From Neocallimastix sp. 'constans' (taxonomy: Eukaryota): a stretch of 64,000 nt of DNA. The notes under the pieces were generated by a model that saw only the letters and a program-made list of their open reading frames with translations, made no database searches and had not been told where the DNA came from. A program made the position numbers and the translations under genes. The stretch lies in NCBI GenBank assembly GCA_050613775.1, contig JBODTK010000139.1, positions 310,001 through 374,000 on the forward strand, written 5' to 3'. Below are positions 57,627 to 64,000 of the stretch, one piece after another. Within the stretch, counting starts at the first letter, position 1; each line of letters opens with the position of its first letter.

Positions 57627-58018
57627 GAATGTGGTCCAAAACGCCAATTTTTTTTTTGAAATTTTAATAAGCCATCTATTTATTTGTGGCTTTTAAAATT
57701 TATATTATGTTAAAATATTTTATTAATATTTTTTTTAAATAAATAAATCTATATAATTGTTAAAGTATTTTATTAGTATTTTTTTTTTTTTACAAAAAAT
57801 AAACCTTTTAATTGTTTGAATATTTTATTTTATTTTTTTTTGTAAAAAAATATTTATTTTTATCTAACCATTATAATTTATTTAATTATTCACTTAATAA
57901 ATTTTAAGAAAAAAATTACAAATTAATAATACAACAAAATAGTATCATATAACTATTAATTTAAAAAAGCCACATATTTTAATATATCACGTGAAAATTG
58001 GCGTTTTGGACCTCTCCC
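57627..58018. mobile_element. Mutator-type MITE (392 bp) with 9-bp TSD
   Basis: TIR core ggtccaaaacgccaatttt / aaaattggcgttttggacc; flanks ttattttat at 57618-57626 and 58019-58027. Confidence 0.85.
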
Positions 58019-58547
58019 TTATTTTATATCATAAATTTCTACTTCTAACAATTAATAATATTTAATTTTATTTATTTATTTATTTATTTATTAATGTAAT
58101 AATTTTTAATTTGGCGAAATGCAACATTTTTAATACGCCACATGCTTTCAAAAATTCTGGCGAAATGCAATCTGGGGAAGTGCAACTCTCCCTATTTTAT
58201 GTAATTAACCAAAAAAAAAAAAAAATTATTAAATAGCAAATTTATAATTTTATTTTCACCTAAAAATAATGAACTTCAAATAAATTTATGTTTTATCATA
58301 AATTTATCTTTATCACGTTTATTTTCATCATTTATTAAAATTTACACGTGATTAATACTAAATTTATTTTATTAATCATTAAAGTTTTTATTTGAGTTTT
58401 TATAACATTTTATTTAATTTAGACTTAATTTAGTGATAATAATAAAGCCCATTAATACAACAATCTGTAGAAAAAAAAGTTTTTTTAATTTTTTTTGTCT
58501 ATTATTAAATATAGACCAAAGGATTACTTTAATAAGGGTTACTTTAA

Positions 58548-58775
58548 TAAATGAATAAATGAATAAATGAATAAATGAATAAATGAATAAATGAATAAAT
58601 GAATAAATGAATAAATGAATAAATGAATAAATAATAAATAATAAATAATAAATAATTGAATAATAAATAATTGAATAATAAATAATAAATAATTGAATAA
58701 TTGAATAATAAATAATTGAATAATAAATAATAAATAATTGAATAATTGAATAATTAATAATAAATAATAAATAAA
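58548..58775. repeat. (AAATGAAT)n and related AT microsatellites
   Basis: Direct reading. Confidence 0.9.
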
Positions 58776-59601
58776 TCATTAAAATCAAAATTAAATAAAA
58801 AATATATAAATATATCTATGTGTCCATACTATTAAATAGGTCCATATTCATTATATACATTATATAGTTTAACTATTGATATAAAAATGAAAATAAAAAC
58901 TTAATTATTAAATAAATTATTTTATTAATAATTACATAAAAATAAATAAATCACTTGATTAATTATCATATGATTTATAAAATGATCCAAAATAACGTGA
59001 TATAGTATAAATTTATGGAATATTATAAATTCTGTAAAAAATTTTAAATTAATGTAAACATAAAATATATAACATAAATTCTATGTTATGTAAATATGTA
59101 AATGGTTTATAAATTTATAATGATTTAGTTTATTTTATTTTAATTATTTTATTTTAATATATTTTTATAATATTTTTAAATATTTTTATATTTTTATTAT
59201 TATACTATTTTATTATTTATTTTAACTAAATATTTAATTTTTATTATTTTAAAATAGTTTATAATTAACATAAAGAAAAAGTATTCTTTATAATTTTCTT
59301 TAATTATACTTTTTCTTTATGTTTATTCTTTGCAATTCAAAGTAGTTAAAATTAATATAGTAAAATTAAATATATTTTTATTAATAAAATTAGTTCAGTA
59401 ATATTAAAATTTAATTAAATAAATTTTAATTATAAAATAAATAAATATATTTGTAATAAATAAATGAATAAAATTATATTTATATTAATAAATTACATAA
59501 ATAAAAATAAATATAACTTCTCCCAGTAAGAGATACTAAACCAAGACGTACTTTATCAATATCATATTAATAAAAATTGAAAATTTTAATTTTTTTATTA
59601 T

Positions 59602-60100
59602 AATAAATAATAAATAATAAATAATAAATAATAAATAATAAATAATAAATAATAAATAATAAATAATAAATAATAAATAATAAATAATAAATAATAAATA
59701 ATAAATAATAAATAATAAATAATAAATAATAAATAATAAATAATAAATAATAAATAATAAATAATAAATAATAAATAATAAATAATTAATAATAAATAAT
59801 AAATAATTAATAATAAATAATAAATATTAGAATAAATAATTAATAATAAATAATAAATATTAGAATAAATAATAAATAATAAATAATAAATAATAAATAA
59901 TAAATAATAAATAATAAATAATAAATTATAAATAATAAATAAATAATAAATAATAAATAATAAATAATAAATAGTAAATAATAAATAATAAATAATTGAA
60001 TAATAAATAATAAATAATAAATAATAAATAATAAATAATAAATAATAAATGAATAAATAATTAATAATTGAATAATAAATAATAAATAATAAATAAATAA
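59602..60100. repeat. (AATAAAT)n 7-bp tandem array
   Basis: About 500 bp with occasional variant units. Confidence 0.95.
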
Positions 60101-61616
60101 TTAAATAATTTTTTATTCTTTTAATTTCTTTTTTATTATTTAATTATTAATTATATTATTTAAATATTATTTATAATAAATTAAAAAAAAAAAAAAAAAG
60201 AAGTTGGGGGATATAAAAATATTAAATTATTTATTAAATTTGATGGGGGAAATAACTTTGATAAATTTTATCAAATTTATCAAAGTTAAAATTTATAGAG
60301 TAGAATAAATAAATAAAATAGAAATGAATATATTCTGTTTAATATATTCTATTTAATATATTCTATTTAATAGAATTAAATTAATAGAAAATAATTAAAA
60401 TAAAATAAAATAAAATAAAATAAAAAGGAAATCTCTTTCATAGATATAATAAATAAATGTAATAAAAATCTCTTCATAAATATAATAAATAAATATAATA
60501 AATAAGTATCAACAATATAATATAATAAATAGAACAAATTGATTTACATCTATAATTTTTTATATTGACTTTTCAATCAACTTAATAATATGTTATTAAA
60601 TAAAAAAATAGTTGAGTATAAATAAATAAAATAATAAATAAATAAATAGATAAATAAATAAATAGATAAATAAATAAATAAATAGATAAATAAATAAAAT
60701 CATATATAGATAAATAAATAAATAGATAAATAAATAAATAAATTTTATTAATGGTAAAAAATTAATATGAATAAAATGATTAATAGAAAAAAGTTAAATT
60801 AACACAAAATATAAAATTGATATTCATTAATTTAAAAAATAATAAATAAAAGATTGGGCTTAAAAAAAAATTGATGAATAAATGTAGATGTTTTTGGGTT
60901 CTAATTGTGGCGTATATACATTAATATTTAATGATGTATTTAGAGATAACTATTTATTTTAAAACACCATTTTATACGCCACTTTTCTAAATATTCTATA
61001 ATAAGAATTAATATAAATTTTTTCATTTTCATTTTCATTTACATTTACATTATTATGAATGGATTTGAAATGTAGTTGTTGAGGACGATCAAATTTTTTT
61101 TTTTTTATTTTTTTATTTTATTAATTTAAACTATTTAAAAAAAAAAAAAATATAAAAAAGTAAAAAAAAAAAAAGAAATAAGAAAATAATTCATTAATTA
61201 AAAAATAAAAAATAATTTAATTAAATTCTTTTTTTTTTTTACCCATTATACCCTTAAAATAAAATAAAATAAATGAAAAAGAAAAAAGAAAAAAGAAAAA
61301 TAAAAGGTAAAAAAAGTTAAGATAAATGAAATTAAAAAAAAAAAAAAAAAAAGAATAACTATATTTTTTTTTTTTTTTGTTATATTTCAACATTTTTTTG
61401 AATAATCATAGATACTATTTAAATATTATTTCAACATTTTTTGAATATTCATAGTTATTTTATATTTATAGTTAACTATTCTAAATAGTCATTGATATTA
61501 TTCTATTCATTGATAATTCATAATTAATTATTTTATATATTATTATTTTTTCTAAATAATAATATATGATTTGTGTAACCTTTTTTTTCATTTTATTTTA
61601 TTTTATTTAGATTTAA

Positions 61617-61879
<263 letters not shown>

Positions 61880-62189
61880 TTAATTTAATTATTAGAAATG
61901 TTTATTATTAAATTTTTCATTATTATAAATGTTTTTTATCATTATTATCAATATATAATTATTATTGTAGCTAAAACTTTAAAATTTATATTAAACTCTG
62001 AACGTATATAAATGAGAAAAATTAACTCTAATTTCTCTTTTTTATTTTTTTTTTTAAAAACAAAAATAAGTAAATTTATTACTTATTGAAGAAATTAAAA
62101 AAAAAAAAAATTTAAATAAATAAATAAAATATTTATAGATATTTTAAGTTTAACTTAAGTTATAAAAAAAAAAAAAAAAGTAAATAGCC

Positions 62190-63620
62190 ATGTCTGAAAG
62201 TGATAAAAGAGATTTAGAAGCCAAAGGTTTCTACAAACTTTCTTGGGTTCAAAGATTCGGTTTTGCTTCTGGTGATTTAGCCCAAAATTTAATTTATCAA
62301 ACCGTTGCCTCTCAACTTATGTTCTTCTGTACTGATGTTTACATTTTAGGTGGTGATAGAAGTAAGGCTGCTGGTATTGCATCTACTTTAATGTTAATCG
62401 TTCGTTTTGTTGATATGGTTTGGGATCCAATTGTTGGTGCTTTCATTGATAAGCATCACCCACGTTGGGGTAAATACCGTTCCTACTTAATTATCGGTGG
62501 TATTCCTTTAACCGTCTTCTCCGCTCTTACCTTCTGGAATAAATTTGCTCCATCCGTTCCATACATCTACATTACCTACATCTTATTATCTTTATCTTAC
62601 ACTTTAGTTAATGTTCCATATGGTGCTATTAACTCTTCTTTAACTAGAGATAATGATGAAATTACCATGCTTACTTCTCTTCGTATGTGGTGTGCTAACA
62701 TTGGTTGTTTCTTCGTATACACCTTACTTTTCCTTTTCATTGCTATTGTTGGTGGTACCCCAATTCCATGGGATATGATTCTCTTCAACTTATTCGGTAA
62801 CATTCCAAATCTCTGCATTGTTCCATTTATGCCAGCTATTAAGAATTTAATTGGTAAGAAGAATATGTTCTACGTTTTCTTAACCGTTGCTGTCTGTGGT
62901 AATGCTATTTTATACGTCGCTAGTAGAATGAATGCTAATGACTGGTGGTACCGTATTGGTAACTTAATTAAATCCACTGGTGTTTGTGTTGCTACCGGTT
63001 ACCAATGGGCTCTTGTTCCAGAAGTTATTTCTTACGGTGAATGGAAGACTGGTCGTAGAATTTCCGCTATTGTTAACGCTATTACTGGTTTATTCTTCAA
63101 GGCCGGTTTTGCTTTAGGTGGTGCTATTCCAGGTTGGATTATTCAAGCTTCTGGATATGTTTCCCCACCAGCTGGTGAAAGTACTTTACCAAAGGATCCA
63201 ATGGCTTGGTTCACTACTTTATCTATTTACTTTGTCATCGGTTTCATCATTCTTATCTTCTGTTTCACTCAAACTAAGGAACGTGTTGTCATGGAAGAAG
63301 GTCAAACCAATTCCGTCAAGGTTAGTGATTTCTGGACTGAATTCGCTCGTAACCCACCACTTGTTGTCGTCTCCCTCTTCTTCATTGTTTCCTTCGTTAT
63401 GCAAAACATTAGTAACACCTCTAACAACTACTTAATGAACGATCTTTACAAGCAAAAGGCCTCTGCTCAAGAAGCTATTCGTTGGACTGTCTGTGTCATC
63501 CCAGCTATTCTTGCTATCGTTTGTATGATTATTATTTCCAGATACAGTTTAACCGATGAAAAGATTGAAAAGATCAACAAGGAAATCGAAGAAAGAAATG
63601 CCGTTAAGGACAGTGCTTAA
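62190..63620 (+). CDS. GPH-family (MFS_2; XynP/XylP/MelB-like) glycoside:cation symporter with apparently permuted helix order, 476 aa
   Basis: GDLAQNLIYQ, RFVDMVWDP, WGKYRSY, NVPYGA..LT.D..E...L.S.RM, WALVPEVISYGEWKTGRR, FFKAGFALGG, TKERV..NPP; intronless; codon use rich in TTC/TAC/ACC/GGT. Confidence 0.93.
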   Translation: MSESDKRDLEAKGFYKLSWVQRFGFASGDLAQNLIYQTVASQLMFFCTDVYILGGDRSKAAGIASTLMLIVRFVDMVWDPIVGAFIDKHHPRWGKYRSYLIIGGIPLTVFSALTFWNKFAPSVPYIYITYILLSLSYTLVNVPYGAINSSLTRDNDEITMLTSLRMWCANIGCFFVYTLLFLFIAIVGGTPIPWDMILFNLFGNIPNLCIVPFMPAIKNLIGKKNMFYVFLTVAVCGNAILYVASRMNANDWWYRIGNLIKSTGVCVATGYQWALVPEVISYGEWKTGRRISAIVNAITGLFFKAGFALGGAIPGWIIQASGYVSPPAGESTLPKDPMAWFTTLSIYFVIGFIILIFCFTQTKERVVMEEGQTNSVKVSDFWTEFARNPPLVVVSLFFIVSFVMQNISNTSNNYLMNDLYKQKASAQEAIRWTVCVIPAILAIVCMIIISRYSLTDEKIEKINKEIEERNAVKDSA

Positions 63621-64000
63621 ATTAACCTAAATAAAAATACAATACAAAAAATAAAATAAAAATAAAGTAATAAAGATAAAAAAAAATTAAATTAAATAAT
63701 AGAAATAAAAAGAAAAATTACAAAGAAAGAAATAAAATTAATTAAATATATATATAAATATATATTTATATTGTACAAAAAAAAAGTGCTAAATTTTTAA
63801 TAAAAATTACCATGTTGAAAAAAGAAGTTTTTTTTACAAAGTAAAATAACAAAATAAAAAGAAAAATAAAAAGAAAATATATAGAATAAAATAAAAAAAA
63901 AAAAAAAGTAAAAAGAAAATAAATAGAACAAAATAAAAAAAAAATGTAAAAAAATAAAAAAAAATAATAATAACAAAAAAAGAATAAAAATAAATATAAA

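Larger units (their letters stand above)
54549..58192 (-). mobile_element. Decayed Mutator-like (MULE) DNA transposon
   Basis: Termini GGGAGTGTACA...TTCCCCAAGTTGCATTTCGGCA and (reverse complement) GGGAGAGTTGCACTTCCCCAGATTGCATTTCGCCA enclose a transposase remnant. No matching TSD seen. Confidence 0.7.

Noticed and set aside
60907..60982. Inverted repeat gtggcgtata / tatacgccac
   Set aside because: Only 10 bp, no TSD; at most a TIR remnant.

Overview
Extremely AT-rich eukaryotic DNA with short GT-AG introns, microsatellites and homopolymer runs. Gene content (scaffoldin-like protein, dockerin-bearing serpin, bacterial-type genes) points to an anaerobic gut fungus (Neocallimastigomycota; inference). 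Left to right: (1) a Ty3/Gypsy region on the minus strand with an open pol ORF, a probable LTR shared with a second element, a tRNA-Ala primer-binding site, a structured leader and the start of a gag ORF; (2) LINE, Gypsy and gene remnants; (3) a ~20 kb, ~5,000-aa scaffoldin-like gene made of six tandem 5-exon modules plus a 6.4 kb terminal exon with a long (NEK)n tract; (4) a frameshifted dockerin-serpin (celpin-like); (5) a bacterial-type AAA-ATPase/PD-(D/E)XK nuclease gene; (6) a decayed Mutator (MULE) transposon, a MITE with a 9-bp target-site duplication and dispersed related termini; (7) a GPH-family sugar symporter. The most striking observation is that this symporter appears internally permuted: helix order reads TM1-5, TM8-11, TM6-7, TM12 instead of TM1-12, in one clean ORF. 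All calls are by eye and from recalled family motifs; no searches were run.
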